DNA from: Lytechinus pictus | Taxonomy: Eukaryota | DNA: 64,000 bases | Assembly: GCF_037042905.1 (NCBI RefSeq) | Contig: NC_087246.1 | Span: 3,660,001 to 3,724,000, forward strand | Direction of reading: 5' to 3' | Notes under the pieces: generated by a model | What the model was told of the DNA's origin: nothing | Databases searched by the model: none | The model's input: only the letters and a program-made list of their open reading frames with translations | In this document: piece by piece, positions 1 to 13,420 of the stretch | Position numbering within the stretch: position 1 is the stretch's first letter | Layout: every line of letters starts with the position of its first letter | Made by a program: the position numbers and the translations under genes

Positions 1-68
1 CTCCTCAGCAAAAGTTATTCATTCCATTTGTATGAGTTCAAAATGGAAATCAATGTCGGTGAAAAATC

Positions 69-588
69 CCCGGGGGGGCCACTTCCATTCACGAGTGGAT
101 ACCATGCGCGACCATGGGGTCTCGAAAAGCACCCTAAACACGTAATTTCCATATTCTGAAAATGCACCCCTTAACAAGTATTGGAAACAAAACGATACTC
201 TTGACAAATATTCCCTGAAATGAACCCCTAAACAAGTACAGGAATGTTTTATTGTTACGGGTCCTTCGGTCGTCGGCTTTACCTCATTTGGTTTAGTACG
301 ACCCCACCTTCCTCACCTCGCGCAAATTGGACTCTAAACACGAAGTGTTGGGGCAAAAAGGACATCCTTTATAAAACATTTTAATTTTGTTTTATCATCC
401 CCGCAAATTCGACCCTAAACACGTAATTGTCCTAGCAAAATAGATACCCTTTTTTCATTATTTTTGTGTTTTTGACACCCTTATCACGTTACGTACGTAA
501 CGTGCCCTATCGTGAAAAAGACATCCTTTTTACGTGTTTTTTTGGTCGCGCATGGTATCCACTCGTCAATGTAAGTGGCCCCCCCGGG
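69..588. mobile_element. Non-autonomous hAT-like MITE (520 bp)
   Basis: ~46-bp TIRs (CCCGGGGGGGCCACTT.CATT.ACGAGTGGATACCATGCGCGACCA, 2 mismatches) and an exact 8-bp TSD GAAAAATC at 61-68 and 589-596. Confidence 0.88.
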
Positions 589-1634
589 GAAAAATCGCAC
601 ACCCTATACTGCAATCCAAACATTGTCAATTTCCGCACATGCGTACAGGGGCAGTATTGTGAGTGATTGTATTAATGACCGGCCTTTCATTACCAAACGC
701 GCGCATTGTATGCGTCAGAAAATAATTTCATATACTCAAAACTTTGCAAAATCCTTCCAAAGAGAACTTGAATAGAAAGATCATGAAAAATGGTCAAACA
801 CATTTTCAAACTCTTAATATTCTAAAAATAGTAAAGTATGGTCAACATAGCTCATCAGTGATTTTGTTGTTTTCTCAACTTTTCCCATAGAAAACACACG
901 TTCGGTAATATGATACCTTTTTCAAGTGACCAAGATATTTTATGTGCGAAGAGGGGTCCGATTGGAAGCTAATATAAAAAAAGAGAAACGATTTCGGCAA
1001 CATTTTTACATAGGCCTATTTATATTTTGTAGGTAATTGTGTGTTTATGGTGAAATTTTGGTGAATTTTATGAGAATAATGTGTTTGATATGACTGAATT
1101 CATGAAAAGTGTTCGGTAATAGGCCTACGATCCACTACCATACTTGGGGATTGAACAAGCATTGACATCATAAAAATCACAGATTTCGCGGCCAGTATTT
1201 CCGTGTTCGAGGCATTCAGAGAGAGAACTTTAAAAAGTATACATACAAATCCGACTTTCATCGGTCTCCATGATTAATGAAGTAGACCACCATGTTCTTA
1301 TTTTCTGATTCAATTTGTTATATAATTTAATCATTTGCCATTTTGGGGATTTTCAGTATATTTCTACTTTTAATCGCAATATAAATCAACTTGATTCAAA
1401 CACAGCAAACTATCCCGTGATCAATGATATTTTTTACATGGTATTTACATCACAGAGCCTTAAAACAGTGGGTTAAACTGTATAGCGAGGGATGTAAACA
1501 TGGATGAATTTCCCTAGGAAATGTCAATCGTTTAAATACAGTTAATTTTTTATCTACATACCTTCATACGCCTAATTCGTATGAAGATAACAAAAATACA
1601 TATGTAAAAATATGAAACATGAGAGGTTTCTTAC

Positions 1635-1860
1635 CAGTCAGCTCACTTGCAAAATGTTCCCACAATTCACAACACAATGACATGACCTACCTTTGACCCA
1701 CTTTGTGATGACGAACGTACGCAGGTAAATAAGGAGAGAAATGGAGCGCATGCGTAGTTGTACTGGTACAAGATTTCTGGCTGTCACAGTGCATAGGTAG
1801 GACGTTCTAATGTCAAATATGGCGAGTTTTGAGTGCTAATTAACGGTAGATGGCGGTATG
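1635..1860. promoter_or_regulatory. Candidate bidirectional promoter / first-exon region
   Basis: Locally CpG-richer island with an NRF1-like GCGCATGCGT (1746-1755) and a YY1-like AAATATGGCG (~1816). There is a consensus minus-strand donor CTG|GTAAGA at 1635/1634 and possible plus-strand donors nearby. Confidence 0.4.
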
Positions 1861-2766
1861 CCAGTTGGATTGAGTAAGAACAAAATAATAAATAATAGCC
1901 TAACACTGTTTAGACTGATAATAAATAGGATGTGTAATGGAGATGTGTACATAATAGTACTACCAAAATGTGTACATACTACTGCCATCTTTTAGTTAAA
2001 GGCCTACATTCTATCATGATTTTTTTGATGGCTATTATTGTAATGGATTTGTTGAGGTATAAAGTAATGAATTACAGTAAATATCAAGATGCGAGCAAAG
2101 CAAGTAAATGTGAAAAAGTTGGAAGACAGAATGATGACAAAAATCAGCTTTCAAGGGTGTTTAATTATTGGAGATATGCAGCAAGTGAGCGATGTTAGCC
2201 AGCCTTGAAAAAGTTGCTTTGCTTCAGTCGTTATGCATAATTTACAGAGGAAATGGTAAATTACATGTATAAATAATGTAAACTTCAGAAGGAATATAAG
2301 GATATAACAAGAAAAGAAGTATAAAGAGCAAATGAGGATTAAAAAGTGTAGATTTTATTTAGTGAAAACCCATTTGCTCACTGATTAAAGGTTAGATGAA
2401 ATTGAAAAAAAAATGGGATCATGATAATTGGGATTAAGGGTGCTTTATGAAATGATTAAAGGCCATCACAGGTCACAATATAAACTTAAAATAACAACAT
2501 GGAAACAGGGCAATGATGCAAATAAAAGGAAAGATTTGAATAATATTTAAGATAATATTGGGAGCTGATGCAGCATTCAAAGTTTTGAGCAAAATTCATA
2601 TTTGAAATATTTGTTAGATTGTTCTAGAATAAATGTGAATTAAAGTCTCATACATATATACGGATGAAATTGTACAGTGTGTGTGGGAAATATTGCTGTC
2701 TTGTCTCTGTGTTTCCTTAATGGCTATGATTTGATCAATGTCATCAGTAACTCATCATACATTTAA

Positions 2767-3596
2767 GGGGTACTCCGGTCTGAAAATATTTATATCTAAA
2801 TAAATAGAGTAATATTCACAAAGTGAAATGCTGAAAATTTCATCAAAATCGGACAACAAATTTTAAAACAAAGTTATTGAATTTAAAATTTAGTAATATT
2901 TTGTGAAAATAGTTATATGCACGTCATCATGATTATTCATTAGATGGGCTGATGATGTAACATCCCCACTTTCCTTTTTCTTACATCAATTAATGTTGTT
3001 ACATGAAATCATAATTGTTTCATTTTTTTTGTACATGTGTAAATAATGTGTCTCCTTTATAATGAAATAAGTTGCAGTAATGAATATCTCATGCACTAAA
3101 TCAGCTGTCAATCCAATTTTTTCAGTTCTTAGTAGAAAAAATTGAATAAACATAATTTCATATAATAAAGTACAAAAGAACAAGTGGGAATGTGACTTCA
3201 TCAATTTGCTCACTGATTATTCATGAAGACATGCCAAGAACTGTTTCACCGGAATAATGTAAATCTATGAAATGCCATAACTTTGTTATTCCTTGTCCGA
3301 TTTTGATCAAATTTTCAGTGTTCTGTTTGTCTGATTTTTCATTATCTGTTAAAATCAGATTAATAATAATAATAATAATAGTTACATCTTATTGAGCGCA
3401 CACACCGTCCAGAGATGCTCATGGCGCTAGCGCAGCAACAGTTCCTTTGGATACAAATATTTTATACATGTATATTTATAAACAACTACAAATATAGGTA
3501 TAAATAGAAATCTTAAATCACTACAAGTACCATCCTGCATTATCACCACTGAAATTCCCAGCTACATCCTGGTTACTTTCAGCCCGGAGCATCCCT
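2767..3596. mobile_element. Kolobok-like (TTAA-flanked) non-autonomous foldback element with an internal insertion at ~3360-3575
   Basis: TTAA|GGGGTACTCCGGTCTGAAA ... TTTCAGCCCGGAGCATCCCT|TTAA. The arms are internally self-complementary, and an inverted homologous copy lies at 52683-53284. Confidence 0.7.
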
Positions 3597-5832
3597 TTAA
3601 CTTGAAGTATAGGGTATTCTTGTATTTTTTTTTGTACAGATTATCCCTCGCTGGAGGGTTTTGAATCTTTTGATTGGTTTATGATCAAAGTCATAACCAT
3701 ATATATCTAAAAGTCCTTGGTATCATTCAATTCATAAATAGATGTATTGTAACCATATTCTTGTGATGCAGCAGATATAAACTTTGCAATAAGCTAGAAG
3801 TAGGGATTTCTCATGGCCAAGATCTTGTAAGAATAGATTGAGTGTGGGAGTGGAGCAACCGCGCGAGAAATTTTGTATTTTTAGAATGCAAAATGTGGCT
3901 AATTTAAGTACTTTGACTGCATTTAAAGATGAAACCATGCATTAACAGTAGTATTAAATAACACGATGATAATACAAAATATTGGTTGTGTCTTGAAAAG
4001 TGGGGGGATGATTGTACATGCCATCCCACCCTCTCCGAAAAAGTGAGGAGGGATATATCCCCCACCCCCCCCCATTTTTATGCCCGCGCATTCATGCCAC
4101 AAATTTGAGCCAGCACTATTTTTTTAGATATGTTTTAAGTTTAAAACATGGTTGGGTTCATGCATATATATATGTACATGTATATTTGTGCCCATAATCA
4201 TAGAGTTTAAGTTGAAAACAAAGTTGCATTCATATGAATTGTCATACAAACATTATCACCATCAAATTTTGAAAGATTTAAAGATATATGTATTTTTAAT
4301 TGTGATTACTTCAGTATTATGGAACATAGATGTTGTTAAGTATTTATAACGAAATCCCTACAATGGCAGACTTAAAACAGAGCTGAGCAGTATTCATGAG
4401 CCAGCCTTGCTAAGACTCTAACCAGACTGTGTGTCATGATACCTTTCACCGGGCACGGATCACCAGTGACCCTAACCCCATGCACACTAAACAAGGGTGT
4501 GCAGAAATGGCACTTGATTGATTATTGTAGTTTTCTTGACTCAGAACTTAGTATGAATACAGCCCTAAAAATAATATTTTATTGCTTGCTTGCTTTCTAG
4601 GTTTCACCCATAAAATGTGACCTAGTCAGAGTTTGACCTCTTTCACATTTCTAGATTCATGTCATAGTCTACACTCTACACCACTCACTTCCTACATGTA
4701 CTCACAGTATCCGTACCAGTACTTGTTGTACCTGGATTGCTGTCAAGTCTCATAATTCATTCACGATCTCATTTACTCATAAAGGTGATCCAATAATGCT
4801 TCAGATTCTGTATTTTAAACAATCCTTTCAATCTACATCATATTGTACAGTATCATATAAGAAACTGATAGATGGAAATTCTATCAATATTTTGTAAACC
4901 ATTTCAGACTGTTGGGCTTCATTGTCCTCTTCATATTATTTACCCTCAGCATAGCACACTCATGGAGTAAGAGGAGGTTAGCAACAATATTACCATCTAT
5001 AGATTGATATTCACAAAGAAGGCTGAGCAATGACTTTTTACAGTTACTTTTAAGCCTACATCTATTTTACAATTTACTAAAAGATAACACATAATTCTTC
5101 AATTCTGTCTTATATTTTGAAGTAGAGTCCTCTATCTACTGTGTACATTTATGTGTATGTAAATCCTGCATCAAAAGTTGGAAGTGTATTGTATTGTATT
5201 GTATTGATTTTCCATTCATAAAAACATGCAAAATACAAACAAATACATCAGATATAATTACAAAATAAAATAAATACTTATGAATGGCTGGATTGCCCAT
5301 TCAGAGTGGTAATTATTACCACTCTGTTCTGCCTAGGGGTCCAGAACATAATAAAATAGATCAGATTGTATTATAAACATAATTAACAACAGAAAAGAAC
5401 ATTGTTAAACAAAATATAAAGTAATGAAAACTAGACAATAGACATAAACAAAATTTAAAGTTATGAGTTCAAGCTACAAGCAAATATACCCCACCCCCCC
5501 TCCCGGCAAAACAACGTGTTGCTCAGAACAAGTGTAACAAGCATAGGTTTGAAAGCCTATCTTAATTTGGGTACCCTCCCCCCATAAAATGCATGTCACT
5601 ACAGGTATCTCATTTGGTTGCTATATTATATTAATGCGAGTGAAGAAAATAAGTCAGGATATTTGCAATTTCACTTATAAGCAGAGAGAGAGGAGGGGGG
5701 TATTGCAGGGGAGTGGGGGAGGACTTTGGAGTGTGGAGTGAATGCACAAGCTTGATTGATTGGTTATGAATTAGGTTTGGTTTGGTTTTATTTACCGTAT
5801 AAAAGTCACAACAAAATTCATTTTACAAAATG

Positions 5833-6306
5833 TTAGAAAACAAATAATGAATGTTTATGAGTGCAATTGACAGAATACTTCATGAGGTGGAAGATGAAAT
5901 GATCCATTCAACGAGGCGTAGCCGAGTTGAATGGATCATTATTTCATCTTTCACCTCATGAAGTATTCTGTTGCTTGTACGAATGAAAAAAATTAATTAT
6001 TTGGTTTATAATTATATGACACCTAAAAATTGATTTTTTTTTTCATATGAAATTTATGAATCTCGATGCAAAACATGCTCATGCAGTGTAAGTTCGGTCT
6101 GTTGATTCTTACGTCATTACGCACTGCTGGTGCCTGCATGAGCTGCAGTCTCGATGTGCGCGTGCAATGGACAAAATCGTATGGATCCAAAATTGCACAA
6201 TGAATGGATCTAAAATTGCACGGTTGATGACGTCATTGCAAAATGGGCTGAATGAACGATATCAAACAACCAATCAAATCACAAGGATCTATCTAGGTGT
6301 CATATA
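5833..6306. mobile_element. Palindromic interspersed element with a ~100-bp hairpin (family uncertain)
   Basis: 5871-5970 is a near-perfect inverted repeat around a GAGGCGTAGCCGAG centre. A second inverted pair, TATGACACCTA / TAGGTGTCATA, lies at ~6014 and ~6295. Confidence 0.5.
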
Positions 6307-9300
6307 AATTTAAATATGTAAACACTTAAGAACGGATGGATCACTCTATTCACAGCCATTGATATAATGGTCCTGTTCTTCCGACAGGTCCAATAATGAT
6401 ACTGTGCATGAGAAAAAACTTAATGTATGTACTATATGCTAGTTTGGGATTGAATTGAGTTGAATTGAAGAAGCTTTTGTTAAATACTTAATTGTAATGT
6501 AGGTGTTTTCTGCTGAAGATGTTTAGCTGTTATCATGCCCTAATAACACACAGCTTCATGGGGAAGTTCAACGTGAGGAAAAATCTGTTGTGAAATATCA
6601 GAAAAAATAATAAAACTATTGGTGAGGAAGTTTGAGGAAAATCCATTGAAGATTGAGTTATTTGAATTTCAAGGTTTTGATTTGTGCCGTCATATATATA
6701 CAGGCAGCTGCTCTATGTGTTTCATGTATGTACTATAGAATGCATAAATTCCAATAAATTATTTGAGAAAATTTCATTTCATTTGTATTCTTAATTCACT
6801 ATACATGGGAAGCTGCTTGCATACTTGTATGATGTCATAAATCAAACAATTAGAATTTCTGTAACTTCTAAAAATTGGGGGGGATTTTTCTAAAACCTTC
6901 ACTGATATTTTTAATTATTTTATTTTGCTATTTTTACAATATACTTTTTGTCAGGGTGAACTTCCCCTTAAGTGAATGATTGCATGTTATATTTTCAGAA
7001 TGATTGCACCCAGTGATACATCGATCACTAGGATAAGGAAGGGTGTGGTAACAGCCATCATAAATGGGGGGGGGGGGGGACAGGTTGAGGGGATAATAAT
7101 GAAACAAGGCCCATCACACAAACAGTTTTTATTGAGATTTATCTGATCTTTCATTTCTTTAAGTACACATGTTCAGTATGATCTCATTTGAATTTGAATT
7201 GAATCAATCCCTACTCAATTTAAGACTGGCCCCAGAAGATTATTTATATACACTGGTTTAACAATTATGAAAATATGAATGTATATTAGACAAACATGAT
7301 TTTTTTTATTGAGAGACAAAAATGAGAGTGGGAGCAATGGAGGGCATTGTCATCGAAGGCCTGATATGAGGTTTACTAGCCAATATGAACTTTGAATTCC
7401 ATTTATTACATTTCATCTAGAAATCTAGGGCTTACTTGCCAGTCGTATTGGAATTTTCATATGAATGGATCAGAGGCAATATGATTGCTTTTAGGTATGG
7501 CTGTTGTGAATTATGTTTCAAAATTGTTTTGTTGGGTACTTATTTGACATGATTTTTATTTTGTGCATGCTCCAATACTGTTTGCAGATAAGGATGGTAT
7601 GATTGAGAACAGACAAGTACGTGGAATTATCAAAAGCGGTGAAAGAAAAAAATGCAAAAAGGTAGTTGATGTGAAGGTTGTATAGTGAGAGAGAAAAATA
7701 TTCAAAATATTGAAAGAAAATGGTGAAATGAAGGTAGGGATGGAAGAGTGGAAGAAGGGAGGGTGAAGAGAGAACAGGAAAAAAATCAGGGCAGGCCTTT
7801 CTGAGTCTCTTAAACGAAACGTTGGCAATAAATCTAATGCAGAATTAGACTACGAACCGTGCCTGCAGCCACCGCCTAAACATTCCAGTCCTGCTTTAGG
7901 ATTGCCATCAGTTAGAAGGTGCAGGGGATAATTACATGGGGACTCTGGGCGATTTTGCATCCCCCCATGCTGAAAAACGCCATAATAAAAAGAGCCCCCC
8001 AAAATTCCCATTTATTGCAATGTTAAAGCTCATCCAATATTGCAGATTTAAGCAGTAGATTGTGAAATGTAGCCCCCAAAATAAGTATGATTTTTTTTTG
8101 CCAGAGGCAAGCAGCCAGTATAAAGCTGAGAAGGGTACTCGCTCAGAAAAAAAGATTTTTTTCTAGACTTTTTGTCATTCTAGATTTTATTTCTCAGAAA
8201 TAATATATTTTCAGAAAATTATGACTAGTTTGTCACCGTTTGTGACAGATAAATATTCTTCGATAAACAAAAGCTCTCACTCCAGAAGTGATGTGGACTG
8301 TCTTATAAATCAGATATGATCTAAAAATATAGTTTTCTTCTTTAAATAATCACCAAATACTCATAATCAAGTTTCTTGGAAATGGGAGAGCTACAAACAA
8401 TTGATTCTTTCTAAATGGTCGGCAAATGCTTGGTAATCTGCCTTTTGAAAAGTTGATGACGTCCATTAAAACCAAGCGAGTTTCTCCCAAGCAACCGGGA
8501 GTAGGAATTCTGTTTTGTAAATTCATGATCAAGTAATCCCATGCAAATGTCAGCATTTTGAGAACTTGAAAAGGATATGCTTCCCAGATTTTGAGTGTTT
8601 TATGAGCTTATGAGAATAATTGACAAAAAAAAAGTTCAATCATGCTTTAAGGAAAGAATGTTTTCCAAGAGAACATTTAAAGCGGTGAGAAATATTCAAA
8701 TCCAATCTTGAAAGGATATGTGTCACACATTGTTATCAGATGAAAGCAATGAAAGCTCAATGAATACTGCAATAAAAATTTGCAAAATGTAATGAGGCAA
8801 GCGTTAATTCCATTCATGGAAATGTAATTCATCCTTATACCGGTATAGCTTATTTTCTTTCCAAAGTCAATTGTTTTTTATCAATACAGGTGCATTTTCA
8901 TCTTCTCGCTACATTTCTTTTACAAAAAGTATTTTGGTATCCATTATTACCAGAAATCTAGTAAGAATACAGTGTAACAGTAATAATACATTTTTAGTAC
9001 TATGATTTTATTTTCCTCTTTTTTTTTTTTTTATCCCCATGGCATTTACATTTTGGAAAGATTTTATAACAGGAAAGATTGTATAGTCAGGATGAGGAAC
9101 ACACTTGCATATGCAACTGTTATACAACTTACAGCCTTTACTTTTGGTTACCCCCCCCCCCCCCCGCCAAAGTGGGTTTCACTGGATTAATTTACAGATT
9201 ATACATCAAAGTAAAATGTATTTCTGTCTTATTTAAATCCCATTCTCAAGCATGAAATGGGCTGAACTATCAAGATATAATCTTTTCTAGCTCTGTAATA

Positions 9301-9602
9301 CCCAAGTCTCAATTACTTTCTAATTATTAAAGTAAATGCTCAAATGCCCTATTTTTTAAATAAAAAGTCAAACATTAGCAGAAAAGGTCACTGATACCAA
9401 ATTGATTTCTAACAGCTCTGAAAAATGCTAAATTTGAATTTCAATGCTGATGACACATCCAAAACTGTGTTTCTAAAGTATGAAAAAAGAAATAAGATGA
9501 AATATTATTGTGCAATATTAATATTACATATTACTCACACGATAAAAGATTACTTGTTCTCCTTTCTTACCCTCTCTACTTTTTCCCTTAAATTTCCTTC
9601 AT

Positions 9603-10572
9603 TTTTTGTCTCACCTGCATAGCAGAGTGAGACTATAGGCGCCGCTTTTCCGACGGCGGCGGCGGCGGCGACGGCGGGGGCGGCGTCAACACCAAATCTT
9701 AACCTGAGGTTAAGTTTTTGAAATGACAGCATAACTTAGAAAGTATATGGACCTAGTTGATGAAACTTGGCCATAAGGTTAATCAAGTATTACTGAACAT
9801 CCTGCCTGAGTTTCATGTCACATGACCAAGGTCAAAGGTCATTTAGGGTCAATGAACTTAGACCATGTTGGGGGAATCAACATCAAAATCTTAACCTAAG
9901 GTTAAGTTTTTGAAATGTCATCATAAATTAGAAAATATATGGACCTAGTTCATGAAACTTATACATAAGGTTAATCAAGTATCACTGAACATCCTGCATG
10001 AGTTTCACGACACATGACCAAGGTCAAAGGTCATTTAGGGTCAATGAACTTTGGCCGAATTGGGGGTATCTGTTGAATTACCATCATAACTTTGAAAGTT
10101 TATGGATCTGATTCATGAAACTTGGACATAATAGTAATCAAGTATTACTGAACATCCTGTGCAAGTTTCAGGTCACATGATCAAGGTCAAAGGTCATTTA
10201 GGGTCAATGAACTTTGGCCAAATTGGGGTATTTGTTGAATTACAGCCATAAATTTGAAAGTGTGTTGGTCTAGTTCATAAAACTTGGACATAAGAGTAAT
10301 CAAGTATCACTGAACATCCTGTGCGAGTTTCAGGTCACATGATCAAGGTCAAAGGTCATGTAAGGTCAAAGAACTTTGGCCACGTTGGGGGTATTTGTTG
10401 AATTGCCATCATATCTCTATAAGTGTATTGGTCTAATTCATAAAACGTGGAAATACGAGTAACCAAGTATCACTGAACATCTTGTGCGAGTTATAGTAGT
10501 TTTCAAAATCAGCACTGCTGCTATATTGAATCGCGTGATGCAGGTGAGACGGCCAGAGGCATTCCACTTGTT
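9603..10572 (+). mobile_element. Helentron-associated (HINE/DINE-1/Tsp/pearl-like) non-autonomous element with an internal tandem array
   Basis: T-rich insertion site, 5' subTIR TGTCTCACCTGCA, nearby inverted GTGAGAC and a (GGC)n microsatellite. About 5 tandem units follow (periods 192, 163, 162, 163), then the 3' subTIR TGCAGGTGAGAC and an ACTTGTT end. Confidence 0.8.
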
Positions 10573-10651
10573 CTTCTGCTATCTTTCTTTTCTTTCTTTC
10601 TCCCTTTGTCTCTTTCTCTTTCTTTTCCTTTCCTTTCCTTCTTCATCTATA

Positions 10652-11448
10652 CAGTGCGTCCCACAAAAAACGTAACCGAGATTTATAGATGATTTGTCAT
10701 GCCTTCATCGCAAATACAATAGACAAATGACCTATCATTGTAAAGCTTAGGGTCTCCTCTTTCATTTGAAATACATGTAACTTAGATTATTCCTCATTCA
10801 AGCATGAGTGAGCAAAACTTGGTGGGCGCTATATGAGTTTCAAAACGTAAATCACATTTTTTAAAAGTTCAATATCTGCTCTTTAATTTGATACCTCATT
10901 TACAGATAATGGTCAAGAAATAACAAAATTCTGTTTATTTGAATAAAGGCTTGAATTCCAATAATTTCATAAAGTGAAGAGGTTTTACAGGATAGTCTTT
11001 AGACTTACTCAACACTCTGTTTTGTTGACGATCAGCCATGCAGAAAGTCTTTTGTTAACTGTGCGATAGCTTTGGTGGGAAACCGGCGAAAAAACGTATG
11101 TTTCATGAAATTACGGAAATACAAGCATTGTTTCGAAGAAACATAACTTTTTAATTTCTTGACCATTTTCTGCGATTTAGCTATCAAATTAAAGAGCAGA
11201 TATTGAACTTTTTTGGCATGTGATTTTCTTTTTGAAATTTTTATACCCCCGCCAAATGGCTTTTAGCTATCCTTTCTTCAAATTGTTTTTACTCACTCAT
11301 GCATGAATGAAAAATCTTGTATGTTGTACCAGCTAAAAGAAGACATTCTATAAGCTTTACAATGATAGGTCATTGGTATATTGTATTTGTGATTAAGTTA
11401 TGATAAATCATCGCTTAACCTCGCTTTCGTTTTTTGTGGGACACACTG
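10652..11448. mobile_element. Tc1/mariner-type MITE (797 bp)
   Basis: TA|CAGTGCGTCCCACAAAAAACG ... CGTTTTTTGTGGGACACACTG|TA, with long imperfect inverted arms and a TA TSD. Confidence 0.85.
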
Positions 11449-11946
11449 TATATTGTCATGTATTATTTCTATGAATCTGTATTCTGTATACACTACATTT
11501 TGTTTGCCCTGCCATTAGCATTTAGTTTTACACTTTTCCTGCCAGGGACCTGGGCTTTAATTATATTGTTTCAATTTAAAGTGGCAAATAAAGATGAATT
11601 ATACACTTTAGTTCACATTGCTATTGCTTTAGCAAAGCTTTAGACATATACCTTAAGGTCAGTTTTCCTCTTGCTTGCATTTCCTTGAGAAGAAAATAGT
11701 TGTTTGTGTGCAGCAAAATACAAGGTAATGAACTTTTATTTCCCCCTTTTGTTTCCTTGTCCCCTTGGTATTTACATTCTGATGAGACTTAAGAGCAGGA
11801 AAGATTGTATAGTTTCGATGAGGAACACTTTCATACCTGATTCTCACATTTTATGTTGCAAAATTTTAATTTTATAATACCCTGGGAAAAAAATAACACA
11901 ATATCTCACAGGTATACATGGACACCAAAGTTTCTAATGAATAAAT

Positions 11947-12567
11947 CGTCGGCGGTCATCCGAACCGTCGTATCACACATACGATGGTGCAAACCCATTT
12001 CAGAGAAAATCGACTTCAAAGTTTCCCATAATTTTCACACTTAGTTCCCCAGCCTTACAACATATTCATTGCGAGAAAAATACATGGTTGAAAGACCAAG
12101 ATAATTGCTTGACAATGATATTGTTATTTTTACACAAAACTAAGGATTATAGAAAATATCGCAAAAGAGCTCTGTGCTTGTAATTTCGGTTTGAGCGGTT
12201 TAGATTTCCCCTGTACAAAAACGCCATAGGGAATACAACAACCCTGACCGTGATTTCAATGCACGCGGTCAGTCAAAACGTATCGCTTTTCACGTGCAAA
12301 GTCAATGCAGTGCAGATGGTCGATACGACAGTATCGCTCTGCTACAATACACGTTTCCAATGGAATTTGTGCATTTTATCAAAAATTTGTATGGCATCGC
12401 CGTGAAAATTATCTCATATCTCAGAAAAGAAATTAAATTGCTGTCTAAAAATTTAGTTATGAATAGAGTAGGACTTGAAGTTTCATTTTCTACAAAAACC
12501 TCAAAATTGATTTAAAAAAAAAAAAAACCAAAATTGACTGATATGACGGTTCGGATGACCGCCGACG
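11947..12567. mobile_element. MITE with a 4-bp TSD (Sola1-like by target, tentative)
   Basis: ~29-bp TIR CGTCGGCGGTCATCCGAACCGTC(G/A)TATCA, with AAAT duplicated at 11943-11946 and 12568-12571. Confidence 0.8.
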
Positions 12568-12637
12568 AAATGACTGAACTTGTATTTTTTTGTTACCATG
12601 ATAGTCTCTTCAATGTACAAAATACAAGAGAGCCCTG

Positions 12638-13420
12638 GGGCGGTATTCTGAGGTCATTTTATCTTTAGAATATTTTATTTATCTCTTCAAATGAAATTCC
12701 TATTCTGAGATAACATTTTATCTCTCAGAGAAAATTTTTAATTTCGTCTCGCGTATCTATAGATGATACGCAACAGAGCAGTGCCTGTGTAAACTTACCA
12801 ATCGAGTATTTTACCATTGCAATGCGAATGATGTGCTTGCGCCCATGTTACTTTGAAAAAAAGACCTAAAAGAGGGTAGGGGCTGTTTTATCTCCGTGAC
12901 GTTGATTCCATCAATATTTCTAGGTGAATTAATTCCAAATGTTGACATGAAAATAAAGAAAAATTATATTTTTATTGAGAATAACACCTTAACGTTATTC
13001 CTGTACAATCAGGAATTATTTCATAAGACTTTTCTTGACTAATATCGTCTTTGAAATGATGCTCGAAAAGATGCGATATAGACTTCGAAAAAAGATGAGA
13101 GTATTGTCATTTTTCAAAGAAATCTCTGTAAAGACGTGCAAGAGTATTTAAAGTCAATGATTGACGCAATCTCACTCCTTTGCCACACCTCCTGGCGGAA
13201 TGGATTTTCATTGGTTGAGTGATATGAGAGAGCTATAAAAGCGCGTTTCTCATTTGATATTGATTAAAAAATAGGTGTGTCTTACAGAGATAAAATGAAG
13301 ATAATATTGTTCTCAGAATACTAATTCGGAGAGATTTTAAGGGTATTTTATCTCATTGATTTTAATGGAGTTAAAATATTTTATTTTATATGAGATAAAA
13401 TGGATCTCAGAATACCACCA
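12638..13420. mobile_element. PIF/Harbinger-like MITE
   Basis: CTG|GGGCGGTATTCTGAG ... CTCAGAATACCACCA|CTG, giving a 3-bp CTG TSD. Subterminal TTTTATCT/AGATAAAA motifs are repeated. Confidence 0.72.

Noticed and set aside
9700..10480. Regular array resembling repeat-spacer structure
   Set aside because: Whole units are homologous (a tandem repeat), not constant repeats with unique spacers.
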